64,000 nt of DNA from Paraphysomonas bandaiensis (Eukaryota; Protista; Chrysophyceae): contig CBFFRP010000357.1 in assembly GCA_965644295.1 (NCBI GenBank), forward strand, positions 232,536 through 296,535. The letters run 5' to 3'. Shown here one piece after another: positions 1 through 11,194 of this stretch. Made by a program: the position numbers and the translations under genes. The notes beneath the pieces were generated by a model. That model did no database searches, was not told where the DNA came from, and was given only the letters and a program-made list of their open reading frames with translations. Positions within the stretch are counted from its first letter, which is position 1, and each line of letters opens with the position of its first letter.

Positions 1-2
1 AG

Positions 3-1076
3 ATGGACAAACCATTGTCCCTAACCGGTCCATCTCTTCAACAAACTCTTCTATCAGAATCATCTGATATATTATTTTATCTTAATTTGTTTGGATCTTA
101 TCGTCCATCTCGTCACGACTATTCTCTGCCTGTATTATTATGGCACTATTTTATTAGTTTTTCTTTTTTATGTTATACATTATTCTTTTTAGTTGTCGGT
201 ATTCTCGCTGTATATTATGATACAGCAGAGTATTGGTGGGTACTTCAATTTATATCACTCTTAAAGTGTATCGCTTTACGTATTGCAATAATTACAATTA
301 GAAAACATTTTCAATCAGAGGTTGATTCTGTTTTTATTGAAGAACTTCATACATCAATGAATTCTTCGAAGTTATACTTCTTTGTGACTGAATTTGCTAA
401 TATTTTCGCTTTAAGTTTTTATGTCGCTTTTTATCCGGATCCGATTGCGGTTACTTTCTATTTAGGGTCATACGCATTTACAGGGTATATGGCAACTGTT
501 GTGTTAGTTACTATTGCAGATGCGCGTCATGCTCAAAGACTCACCCAGTCTTTAATTGCATCCGCTTCCGATGGTACGCTCAGCCCATCTGTGTATACAC
601 GTACACAAGCACGGATCGAAAGTATCGCAGAGAAATCATTTTGGATTCATGGCTTATTGTTAATTGGAATGCTGTGTGATGCATTGTGTATCATCATTGT
701 AGCATTTCAATACAATGGTGCTATTGATAATCATAGTGTCAGCTATGCCGTTGCGTTTGTTCTTTTCGTTGTGGTATTGATCTGTGTTCCAGATGCCATG
801 TTTCTTGGATTCATATGCCCAGAAATTTTACAAGTTAACATCCTTGCGACTCAATTGCATCGAACACTGGCATCGGCAAAGTGGCCAGCTATGTCCAGTA
901 AAGAAATAAATAGGCATGATACTCTCCAGGTTTTGCTGGCGTTTCCGATACAATTTAAGACTGCTGGTGTACATTTAACAAAATCAGAACTAAGAAATAG
1001 AGGAATGGGAATTGCTCTCGCTATAAGTTTGTCTATAGTTAGAGTAATTGTAACCCTTGCTATAAGTGATGGTTAG
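3..1076 (+). CDS. Multi-pass (about 7 TM) membrane protein, gustatory-receptor-like / DUF3537 (7TM ion channel superfamily) candidate
   Basis: Intronless 357-aa ORF with several long hydrophobic segments. The C-terminal R..L...PIQFKTAGVHLTKSEL plus final TM resembles the TM7 region of Gr/GRL/DUF3537 proteins. The 5' end is at the window edge. Confidence 0.6.
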   Translation: MDKPLSLTGPSLQQTLLSESSDILFYLNLFGSYRPSRHDYSLPVLLWHYFISFSFLCYTLFFLVVGILAVYYDTAEYWWVLQFISLLKCIALRIAIITIRKHFQSEVDSVFIEELHTSMNSSKLYFFVTEFANIFALSFYVAFYPDPIAVTFYLGSYAFTGYMATVVLVTIADARHAQRLTQSLIASASDGTLSPSVYTRTQARIESIAEKSFWIHGLLLIGMLCDALCIIIVAFQYNGAIDNHSVSYAVAFVLFVVVLICVPDAMFLGFICPEILQVNILATQLHRTLASAKWPAMSSKEINRHDTLQVLLAFPIQFKTAGVHLTKSELRNRGMGIALAISLSIVRVIVTLAISDG

Positions 1077-1705
1077 TGAATTTATTAGTGTAACTTCTAA
1101 TGTCATGTATCATGAATCTAAAAGACCAAAAACTCTTATGGCTGACTCTAGCATGTGATTCTAGATACTAGTATCTAGTATGTCTTATCCTGTAGCTTTA
1201 TGTCCATAGATTTTACCCACGGTGCTAATCTGAAATTCATAGGTTAAAATGGCATAATAATTTCACCTCCCCTTGGTTCCGGTTTCCTACAGCTACTCCA
1301 TAGGTTTAAATTTGTCCACAATAACAATAATGGCAATCTAACTGCGGAACTAAGCTTCAAGAAGCTGAGTCATATCGTTAACTCATAATTCCTACCTACA
1401 ATTGCAATGTATTGTTCCCTTGCGATGATGACCTCCAACGTGTTGTACACTTGTACGCGAAGTACTATAACGATAGGACTAAGAGGAAAATACGTGAAAT
1501 GCAACTGTATTATCGGATAATATGACAGTGTTGTTTCATTTCAAGCATAAATTCTGCATAAGCACCACAAAAAACACTAAAGTGATTATATGTTAGATAA
1601 CAAGGTGGCTAGTTATTACACATGTACGAGACACTATAATGCTGTAAATCATATTTATTATCATTCCATTCAAGAATGATCACTGTACGTACAGACAGCT
1701 AAATA

Positions 1706-3954
1706 TTATTGCCAGGTAATGACGTGTGTTACACCAACCGCAGGCTTCTTCGTCTTCGCCTCAATTCCAATCACATGATTGCCGGGCGGAAAGTCTTTCA
1801 ACTCCACGCAATCGGTATTTCTGAAAAATTCTATAGCTGTCCATACTTTCCTCTCACTGCTTGGCTGGTACTCGACTATATTCTTCGCATCCACATTCAA
1901 GTCGACACGAAATTCCATTTCTTTCACAGCATCTTTCATTTTGTACGCGCACACAGTGGCAACATTCCGGTCACTTGGAATTGTGACCTTAAAATATATC
2001 TCTCCCGCTTCTGGGCCGCTTGAAGTATATGCTGCTCGGGTTTCGTAATCACTTCGCGGCCGTTTTTGTTTGACTGACATAGTGGGCGTCGGCCCATTAT
2101 TTAATATCCACTTCGTCGAGCCAACAACAAGACTCTGAAGCGTCTGGTTTGTATAATGGGGAGCATACTCAGTGTAGCAGTAAGCGCGGTGAGTGCAAGC
2201 AACAGGATCCTTCTGACAGGTCTTAGGAGCAGGAAGCTCCCCATTATTTTGCAGAGTATTAAGGGATGCAGTATATTCTAGAAAAATGGGAAATGATGTG
2301 ATATTACAAAATATATATATGCACTTACTCTCTCTAAGTGTATTGACGGTCGAACCCCCTTTCAGATCTCCTTGGACCATATACAGTGCGTCCAACAACG
2401 GAAGGCCATATAGCCACACCAGTAGCTCTCCACGGAGCATGTGTATCGACGCGGTGGGATGATGTTTGGCTCCTCCACCAAGGCCAAACCTTTGAATAAG
2501 CAATAAGATTTAATCAGTGACTGATATTGATACTAACTTCGCTCCTTCTTTGCGCAAAAACTTGATTGCACACTTCGAATAAATAGCAGTTACAGCACAC
2601 TCTTTGGAAAACAACTGTGGATTAAAACTACATATAGACTTTGGGTAGTTGGTCCAAATGTGCATGCCAGATATTGAGACGCTTTTATAGAGATTCTGCA
2701 AAGGTCTGCAGAAATACATAATAATGAAAACGACCACAACACATTTCATAAATTAATTATATACAATGTGCCACATGCCTATATAATGTTTCTGATAACA
2801 TTTATTATCATATATATACAATGTCAATGCACATACCCAGCGCCAGAAGGAGTCAATGCATGCATATCGACCATCTGTTTCTTTAGGCTCTGTATCTCCG
2901 CTGCACTGGGCGCAAATGGTTCCAGTCCCACCACACTAGGTGTCCAATCCTCAGAGGAGTAGGGTATAGAATATTCCGACATATTGCAAGCGGAGGGTAC
3001 CCATGACCCTGACGACGGTTGATAGAATGAGGCTCTGTTTACACCTGCAAGGTATGCTACGGTTTCAGCGAACGATGGGTCTCGACCACAATTGAAAGAC
3101 TGTTCCCTGTATACATATAACAATCAGACGTGAGTCGTAAATATACGCTGTATAACGTGCATATAAAACTATACATGCATGTAAACAAATCCAAATAGCA
3201 GCAGCTCATTAATTAAATATACTATAATCTGTTCTCTACGTACCACCCAAAAAAATCTCCATCATACCCTCCCATGGATTCATAGCACAGATTCGACGGC
3301 ATGCAGTCGTTAGCACCCTGTGCAATATTACGAACCTCAAACTCAACACCCAATTTCTCGAATGTGGATCGGAGACGTTTTTCAAACACGAGTGGATAAC
3401 TTTGATTGTATAAGTTATCGTGGCCTGCTGTAACGGAGGAACCTCCAAAAATCATCTTATACTTGGACCCTGGTGTCAGAATCTTGGTTGCAAACTTGTA
3501 TTTCAATATATCCCAATCTGACCTGTAAAAGAGGTTAGTGGACAAGTTACTCATTCAATCATAATCTCAACTTACTCCCTCATATTAGCTTGCATTAGAA
3601 GGAATAGCCGCCCGACATCCGTATTATACTGAAAGATCCACATAAGATGATACATAAAACATGATATATATAAGACTGAGCATATATCAAGTCCACAGTA
3701 TGTGTGTATGTACCTCATATCTGTGATAGATGAGACTGAGAGGCTCTCGTATGGATACAATCGCAGCCTCTAACTTACTACTTAACTGTTATATAAATCT
3801 ATTAGAATACTCATATATATATATATAAACACATTACACTCTCATCTGCTGCTCTTCTTTGATGATATGACTGTGTATTCTTATATAATCGAGCCTCTGT
3901 TATTGCCATAGCAGCTATACAGCATATATATATAGAGAGAGAGGGAATATACAT
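1706..3954 (-). CDS. Secreted SGNH/GDSL-type hydrolase-like protein (multi-exon)
   Basis: ATG 3954 gives signal-like MYIPSLSIYICCIAAMAITEA. GT-AG spliced exons include MIFGGSSVTAGHD (block I Ser), VRNIAQGAN and AKHHPTASIH (block V His). Stop at 1706. Confidence 0.7.
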
Positions 3955-4586
3955 ACTCCTCCTGTATTAAGATAGATGAATAGATTGTATTTGATTGATG
4001 GATGGTTCTTTTTATGTATTGAAGGTAAAGAGGATGGTTTTGATAGTGTGATGGATGGGTATGGAGATCAGGGCATTGCAATGGAGCTCATGGTTATATA
4101 TATATGTATGTATGTGTATGGGTATATGTGTATGTGTATATATATGCACCTGTATGTTGTACAAGGACACCTCTAGGAATAGTACGTACTGTTGTACATA
4201 TATGTGTACTCTGGTACTGCTGTAAAAGTACACCACAAGAGAATAGTACGTATATGCATAGAGAGACTGCTGTACATGTGTACTACTGCTGTACATGTGT
4301 ACTACTGCTGTACAAGTATACGAAGTAGAGTATAGTATCTAGTGTATCCTGTATTTCATGGAATACATAGTGTCTATCTATCACTCATTTACATACATAC
4401 ATACTCATATACACACACACTCCTCTATATACACACACTCCTCTATACACACACACTTCTCTATACACACACACTCCTCCATATACCCCCATATCTCACC
4501 ATCTTAACTCAATCATCTCATATCACAACCAAATTCTCCTATTAAAAACCAATGAAACAATCTTATTTATTCATTTAATACAATCG

Positions 4587-7052
4587 ATGTTGATTTCAGT
4601 CTTATCATCCCATAGAAAGTATCAGTTCCCAGTGACATGTCGACTGTATCGCCATATGAGTTCATCATATACATATACTCATTTATTAAATCATACCAAT
4701 CAAAGTAAACGTGAATCTTATATTCATAAAGAATCTAAACGTATCTTTACATCACCATCTATAACAATCCATATGGTTGGGACTCATATTATTAAATATG
4801 CGAATGAGATGACTGCTAATCATATCGCTCAACTGTTATATAGTATTGGTCGTTATCAACTAATAGTACCATCAATGTATCTTGAATTACTTACTCCTGC
4901 ATTTGAAAATAAATCATTTACTGCTTTTCAGTTGGGAAAAATCTTTTATGGTATGCGACGTATGAATGCACACGACAAAGTTGTACAGGAAATGTTGCAT
5001 ATACTGGTGCCTGTAATTGAGAACCCACAACTGTATTTGAATTCGGATACACTGTCCAGAATTCTCTTTGGTATGCAGAGTATGTCCAGCAATAGTGGTG
5101 TTGTGCGGCAAGTGCTCCGTGCTTTATGTGTCAAATTTCGGGCTAGCAGATACCCTTTCAGGCCGAAGGAAATTTCTATGTGCCTTTACGGCCTTCGCAA
5201 TATGAATAGCTCACACTCTGAAGTACGAGCATTGCTTTATGTTCTTGCTGGACTGGTGGACAATTGTGATGATATTATGTCGCCATTGGAGATCAGCAAT
5301 GCCCTCTACGGCATACAAGGTATGACTTCGGAGCATGAAGAAACCCTCCGGGTCGTGAAATCTCTCAACTTTCATATCTCTAAATGTAAAAATTCTTTCA
5401 GTGCACGTGATATTATGACGGCGATGTATGGCCTACATCGTTTGTCCTCCAGTGAGTTAGAGGTGCGTACCATGTTGGAACACATCCGCAAGAAGTTGCT
5501 GTTATGCCAAGAGTCATTGTCGGGGACGCAAGTTTCGTTTTGTTTATATAGCATGCAGTGTATGACAATACGTCATAAGGAGGTGCGTGCCATGTTGAGT
5601 GTGTTAGCGTTAAAGCTTGCTGGTGACAACTGCATCCTGGAGTCTGGCCGGTCGATAGGAAACGCACTATATGGTATGCGTAGCATGAGTTCGGGGTGCC
5701 CTGAGGTCCTCCGAGTATTGCAGTTGCTCACTGCTGAGATATCGACTAGCGAGTCGAACCTATATTCCCAGGATGTGGGGAACTGTTTGTATGGGTTGAA
5801 ATCAATGCAGAGCACTCACTTCCGAGTGCAACAGCTGCTGTCTGCACTAGCGAATAAGGTCGATAAATTTAGTGGGAAGCTTTCTGCTCGGGATGCTTGC
5901 AGTAGTGTGTATGGACTGCAAGGCATGACATCAGAGCATGCGTCTGTTCGTGAACTAGTAGATGTGCTTTCGAAAAAGCTTCAATATAGTGCAGCAGCGA
6001 ACAGTGGACAATACGTTGGCAACATGCTTTACGGTCTGAGAAGTATGAGTAGTAGTCACATCGAGGTCAGGCGTATTCTGTGTGCCATTTCCAACCTCGT
6101 CGAAGGATACAGGGGCCCGATAAATGCACATGAGCTCAGTAGTGCGCTGTTTGGCATGCAAGGCATGAGCTCCGAATATGATGAAGTCACCCGTGCAATG
6201 TTGCTGATTTGTCAACATATGTCATCCGATAACCAAGGTTTGAACTGTCGCTGTATTGGAATGGGTCTTTATGGTCTGCAGCACATGAGTTTGTCTCATG
6301 ATGCTACGTTAGATGTGCTAACGGCTTTGGGGAAATGGGTTGATCAGCATCGGAGTAATGGGGGACATATGAGTGCAAATAGTTTGTCGCTTGCACTGTT
6401 TTCAATTTCATCTTTGATTTTTGAATTCGTGTCACGTAGTGAGCGTGGTCCCCTGCCATATGTTGTGGATTCAATCGCTAACACTCTTCTTTCCTTCATC
6501 CCACCTGACGTATCAACAATGAATGCCCCTGCAGGAAGTTTGGCAAGTTTGTACAGAAGTATTAGACTCCTTTCTCACTTTGGAAATCCATGTTTTTCAA
6601 TGGACACTACCGGGAAGCTTCATTCTTTAATGGAAGATTTCACAACTATGTCGGAGTGTGCGAATTCTGATTTCGACAGTAAAAACCGTAGTCGGATTGA
6701 AACGGTCTTTTCGTCTTTTGCTGTAAACATTCTGTCAAAAGTAGACGAAGTGAAGTTTGTTTCTCCCAATAAAATACTCCATGGGTTCGAAGCTGATATC
6801 ATTATCGGTTTATCACCAAGTGTACGCAGCGAAGGAGTCATGTACAATATTGAATTAGATGGGCCGAGTCATATATATCCGAGTAAAAAAAGATTTAGCT
6901 GTTTGAGAGACAGATACTTAGAAGAAGTGCACAGTGTTGTTGTGAAACGCATGTATATTGACACTTATGGTCACATGTCGAATAGTGAGATTGAGGAATG
7001 TGTTTTACCGTACTTACGGAAACACATATTTAATAATAACAACAATGGATGA
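4587..7052 (+). CDS. Helical-repeat protein with C-terminal RAP domain (organellar RNA-binding, OPR/HPR/FASTK-like architecture)
   Basis: 821-aa intronless ORF with about 12 repeats of 40 aa (core LYG[LM]xxMxS..EVRxLL..L). C-terminal GFEADI...NIELDGPSH...RDRYL..H..VVKR is a RAP signature. The basic, Ser-rich N-terminus resembles a transit peptide. Confidence 0.85.
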   Translation: MLISVLSSHRKYQFPVTCRLYRHMSSSYTYTHLLNHTNQSKRESYIHKESKRIFTSPSITIHMVGTHIIKYANEMTANHIAQLLYSIGRYQLIVPSMYLELLTPAFENKSFTAFQLGKIFYGMRRMNAHDKVVQEMLHILVPVIENPQLYLNSDTLSRILFGMQSMSSNSGVVRQVLRALCVKFRASRYPFRPKEISMCLYGLRNMNSSHSEVRALLYVLAGLVDNCDDIMSPLEISNALYGIQGMTSEHEETLRVVKSLNFHISKCKNSFSARDIMTAMYGLHRLSSSELEVRTMLEHIRKKLLLCQESLSGTQVSFCLYSMQCMTIRHKEVRAMLSVLALKLAGDNCILESGRSIGNALYGMRSMSSGCPEVLRVLQLLTAEISTSESNLYSQDVGNCLYGLKSMQSTHFRVQQLLSALANKVDKFSGKLSARDACSSVYGLQGMTSEHASVRELVDVLSKKLQYSAAANSGQYVGNMLYGLRSMSSSHIEVRRILCAISNLVEGYRGPINAHELSSALFGMQGMSSEYDEVTRAMLLICQHMSSDNQGLNCRCIGMGLYGLQHMSLSHDATLDVLTALGKWVDQHRSNGGHMSANSLSLALFSISSLIFEFVSRSERGPLPYVVDSIANTLLSFIPPDVSTMNAPAGSLASLYRSIRLLSHFGNPCFSMDTTGKLHSLMEDFTTMSECANSDFDSKNRSRIETVFSSFAVNILSKVDEVKFVSPNKILHGFEADIIIGLSPSVRSEGVMYNIELDGPSHIYPSKKRFSCLRDRYLEEVHSVVVKRMYIDTYGHMSNSEIEECVLPYLRKHIFNNNNNG

Positions 7053-7420
7053 TGATATCTAAAGTATATGTTCACAGCTAGCTGTTCAGTAGAGTATAGA
7101 GAATGGGTTGTTTTACTTCTACAACATTGCTGTATCCTGCAGTCTTACGAGTCCGTTTAGAGTTTAGGCTATTATATATTTTCATTATATCTATATCAGG
7201 TAATATATAATCAAGTGATTTCCACTTGCACGGTGGTATATCTACCAGTAATACTTATTTTGACTTATATTTACAAGTAATACACCATACTGATCAGTAA
7301 ATACATGAATGAATAGATCACAGAACGTAGTAATACTTGTACTTTGAACTTTGAATATATATCCCGTATTCAAGTGTATTAAACAAATCTTGAGCCTGAT
7401 TATTGATAGAATTGATTGGA

Positions 7421-7593
7421 CATTTCACTGAAATTAACCTTGCTCTAGATTCTATACTTAAATCTTAAAAGTGTTTCATGAGAGATTCATAATTGTTAAT
7501 CTAGACTTGAACATTACACTGAAGTTAACGTTGCTCTACATTCTACACGTAAACCTTAAAAGTGTTTCATGAGAGATTCATAATTGTTAATCT
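7421..7593. repeat. Diverged 91-bp tandem duplication; related copy at about 59887-59938
   Basis: CACTGAA(A/G)TTAAC..TGCTCTA...AGTGTTTCATGAGAGATTCATAATTGTTAATCT occurs at 7421 and 7512. CACTGAAGTTAACCTTGCTCTACACGTAA recurs near 59909. Confidence 0.75.
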
Positions 7594-7860
7594 CGATCAC
7601 AGCATAAATGTAATAATTGGTGAATATCTGACAAACTATATTCATCCGTTAATACTGTGAGTTGATTTATATCAATTTCAACAAAAAGTGTAACCAAAAA
7701 TGGTGAAATTAATCAACTACGGTTCCACTATTTACTAGATATCATGACATCATCACTTTTAAATGCCCAGTCTGTTAAATGTGTTGAACTTCATTAATCA
7801 GCATTTCACGTCAATTCTATAACTATCACATTCACAAGTAATCATCATACAACAGATGAT

Positions 7861-8926
7861 TCACAAATCAGGGTATGACTGTCTATTAGCACTACCATGC
7901 GATGAGTCCGCAGTTTCAAATGGTAAAGGGTTTTCAGTCATAACAAGTCCTTTATCACTATAGGTCCTGCTTCGAGGAAAATCAGGTTTATCACTTTCAT
8001 TGTTATCACCGATTATTAGCTTTCGCCACTTCGACAAAACAGCCGGTGACATACCGTAAGCCACAGCATCCAAAAATCCTTGAATTTTGAGGGATAGCGT
8101 ATTGCTGTCATCATACCAGGTGTGGTCTGAGCCATTGAGTTCTGCAACTCTGAGAAATAAACAAGTAAGCCGCGCATATTCAGCTACGTGCAACAAACCT
8201 ATGGAATACTGGAAATATGTACACCAAAACCAGTATAATAGGGTACCACTTTATTCTGTCGACAACAGCAGCCACTCTTCTCGCAGTTACTGCATTGCTC
8301 CGCTGTATATATATGAGGGATTGTGTGAAGTCAAAAGCAATTGTTCATACCTGCCATGATCGAATTCTTAATGACACCATTATATACACAGCAGTGTTAA
8401 ACACAACAGCAACAAGTAGTGGTATATAAAAGATTCCTGCCATCCATAAAAAACCAACTTGCCGCCTTCTCTTGTCATCATATTCGGTTTTAATCCAACA
8501 GTAGTCATCCACACCATTTAATCCGTAACTACTTGTGGTGAGTGGAAGCAGAGCCAATATCAGAGGTGTCCCCCATACGAACACTTTATGAAAATCAGTA
8601 ATCTTAACATCAAAATTATCTGAACGACGTTGAAGGAAAACTTTCCGCATACTATCTGCTACTACTACAGTTGTAAATATACTTACAAGATTAGCATATG
8701 TTTCAATGATACCAAATAAGACACATACAGTATGATTATTATAAGCATATTGTTGTAAGAATGTTAAACAACAATATCCCCATGATCCCACAGCTAACCA
8801 CATTGCAAAAGTTAATGATGTTTTCTTCCTTAAATCAGGAAATACAATATAATTAGTAAACGTAAAGCATCCTCCTATAAGGGAGAGGAGGGTAGCTACT
8901 ATGATTAATTGTCTTAATAGAGTCAT
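7861..8926 (-). CDS. cAMP-receptor-like (Dictyostelium CAR/Crl, GCR1-type) G protein-coupled receptor, 3 exons
   Basis: Spliced product has 7 TMs with motifs LSLIGG, VWGTPL..LP..T.SYG, YCWI, FYIPL, WYPIILV..FP...R and QGFLDAVAYG. Introns at about 8303-8350 and 8150-8198. Confidence 0.85.
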
Positions 8927-9055
8927 GTGATTAGATGTGAGGATTGAATAGAAGGGTTTTATATGATGAAAAGAGAGAAGGGAAGGTATACATGAGGGAG
9001 ATGAAGTATGGGTGGAGATAGATGGATATATATATGAGTATTAAACGGTCATGAG

Positions 9056-9415
9056 ATGTATGTATGTATGTATGTATGTATGTATGTATGTATGTATGTA
9101 TGTATGTATGTATGTATGTATGTATGTATGTATGTATGTATGTATGTATGTATGTATGTATGTATGTATGTATGTATGTATGTATGTATGTATGTATGTA
9201 TGTATGTATGTATGTATGTATGAATGTATGTATGTATGTATGTATGTATGTATGTATGTATGTATGTATGTATGTATGTATGTATGTATGTATGTATGTA
9301 TGTATGTATGTATGTATGTATGTATGTATGTATGTATGTATGTATGTATGTATGTATGTATGTATGTATGTATGTATGTATGTATGTATGTATGTATGTA
9401 TGTATGTATGTATGT
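9056..9415. repeat. (TATG)n microsatellite, about 90 units
   Basis: Direct observation; one TGAA interruption. Confidence 0.99.
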
Positions 9416-9649
9416 TTTTAAGTGGAATATCCTCATTTATAGTCTCAAAAACTGGTTTTTTGCTCTGTTTGTTACGAAGTTCTTTGAGTCATTTTCAGTC
9501 TGAGGGACGCACTTCCTCCAGGAGAGCGAAGTGTGAATGAAGTGTGCTGGTGTGTATCTTACATGTCAGAGTAGCTCTATGTGTAGCTCTATGTGTGTAT
9601 GTATGTGTGTGTGTTTATATGGATATTAAGCCAATCTGATGATCGTCGC

Positions 9650-11194
9650 ATGCATATGAATCAGTGTTATAAGTCGAGTATATCTGTTCTTAACGATGAT
9701 GTGCTGCGTCTCATCATCTCTATGATCCCACACACGGCTCTTCTTCCTGTGGTCATGACTAGTAAGAGACTTCACGATATAGTCTACACTGATAAGAGGA
9801 GAAGGAGGCTACAGTCACATGCATCTCACTACTGTATGACCAACTCAATGGTCTCATGGGCTCTGTCTGTGGGCTGCCCACACACACTGATAATGAATAC
9901 ATGTGCACTATACGGCAGACTACAGCAGATGATACACCTCGCGAGACATATATATACCCATACATATATCCCACCATGTCCATGGGATGAATTGACTTGC
10001 GCTGCTGCTGCTGAGGGTGGGCACTTGGATGTTCTGAAGTGGCTTCGTTCACAGGACCCTCCATGCCCACTGTTAACATTCACTTGCGCTGCAGCTGCTG
10101 AGGGTGGGCACTTAGATATTCTGAAATGGCTTCGTTCACAGGACCCTCCTTGTCCATGGGATGAAGACACTTTTGATGCTGCTGCGAGGCATGGACACAT
10201 AAATATTTTGAAATGGCTTCGTTCACAGGACCCTCCTTGTCCATGGAATGAATGGACTTGCGAAACTGCTGCGAGGCATGGACACATGAATGTTCTGAAG
10301 TGGCTTCGTTCACAGGACCCTCCTTGTCCATGGAGTGAATGGACTTGCGAAACTGCTGCGACGCATGGACACTTGAATGTTCTGAAGTGGCTTCGTTCAC
10401 AGGACCCTCCTTGTCCATGGAGTGAATGGACTTGCGAAACTGCTGCGACGCATGGACACTTGAATGTTCTGAAGTGGCTTCGTTCACAGGACCCTCCTTG
10501 TCCATGGCGTGAATCGATTTGCTGTGGTGCTGCTAGTGGTGGGCACTTGGATGTTCTGAAGTGGCTTCGTTCACAGGACCCTCCATGTCCATTGGGAAGA
10601 ATCACTTGCGATGCTGCTGCTGTGGGTGGGAAATTGGGTGTTCTGAAGTGGCTTCGTTCACAGGACCCTCCTTGTCCATTGGGAAGATTCACTTGCGATG
10701 CTGCTGCTGTGGGTGGGAAATTGGGTGTTCTGAAGTGGCTTCGTTCACAGGACCCTCCATGTTCATGGCATGAAAGGACTTGTACTGCTGCTGCTGTGGG
10801 TGGGCACTTGAATGTTCTGAAGTGGCTTCGTTCACAGGACCCTCCATGTCCATGGCGTGAATATGCTTGTGATGTTGCTGCTGTGGGTGGGAACTTGGAT
10901 GTTCTGAAGTGGCTTCGGCTACAGGACCCTCCATGTCCATGGCATGAAAGGACTTGTACTGCTGCTGCTGTGGGTGGGCACTTGGATGTTCTGAAGTGGC
11001 TTCGTTCACAGGACCCTCCATGTCCATGGGACGAAGACACTTGTGAAGCTGCTGCGAGGCATGGACACGTGAATATTTGGGAGTGGCTTCGGCTACAGGA
11101 TCCTTCTTGTCCATGGCATAAAAGGACTTGCGCTGCTGCTGCTGCGGGTAGGCACTTCGATATTGTGAATTGGCTTCAGAAATGTGCATGTTAG
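9650..11194 (+). CDS. F-box-like + 14 x 29-aa ankyrin-type repeat protein (CPW...AA.GGHL.VLKWLR family)
   Basis: N-terminal LNDDVLRLIISMIP...VMTSKRLHDIV is F-box-like. It is followed by 14 tandem 87-bp repeats PPCPWxxxTCxxAAxxGHLxVLKWLRSQD. Intronless. Confidence 0.85.
   Translation: MHMNQCYKSSISVLNDDVLRLIISMIPHTALLPVVMTSKRLHDIVYTDKRRRRLQSHASHYCMTNSMVSWALSVGCPHTLIMNTCALYGRLQQMIHLARHIYTHTYIPPCPWDELTCAAAAEGGHLDVLKWLRSQDPPCPLLTFTCAAAAEGGHLDILKWLRSQDPPCPWDEDTFDAAARHGHINILKWLRSQDPPCPWNEWTCETAARHGHMNVLKWLRSQDPPCPWSEWTCETAATHGHLNVLKWLRSQDPPCPWSEWTCETAATHGHLNVLKWLRSQDPPCPWRESICCGAASGGHLDVLKWLRSQDPPCPLGRITCDAAAVGGKLGVLKWLRSQDPPCPLGRFTCDAAAVGGKLGVLKWLRSQDPPCSWHERTCTAAAVGGHLNVLKWLRSQDPPCPWREYACDVAAVGGNLDVLKWLRLQDPPCPWHERTCTAAAVGGHLDVLKWLRSQDPPCPWDEDTCEAAARHGHVNIWEWLRLQDPSCPWHKRTCAAAAAGRHFDIVNWLQKCAC

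Noticed and set aside
1161-1178. 18-bp perfect palindrome CTAGATACTAGTATCTAG
   Set aside because: Could be an excision footprint, but it is isolated, AT-rich and has no supporting context.
9041-9540. YIHT/MYVC ORFs here and at 29054-29553, 50175-50910 and 60835-61185
   Set aside because: Artefacts of stop-free (TATG)n microsatellites.
9829-11040. 403-aa antisense ORF over the ankyrin gene
   Set aside because: Shadow of an 87-bp stop-free repeat; no independent protein signal.
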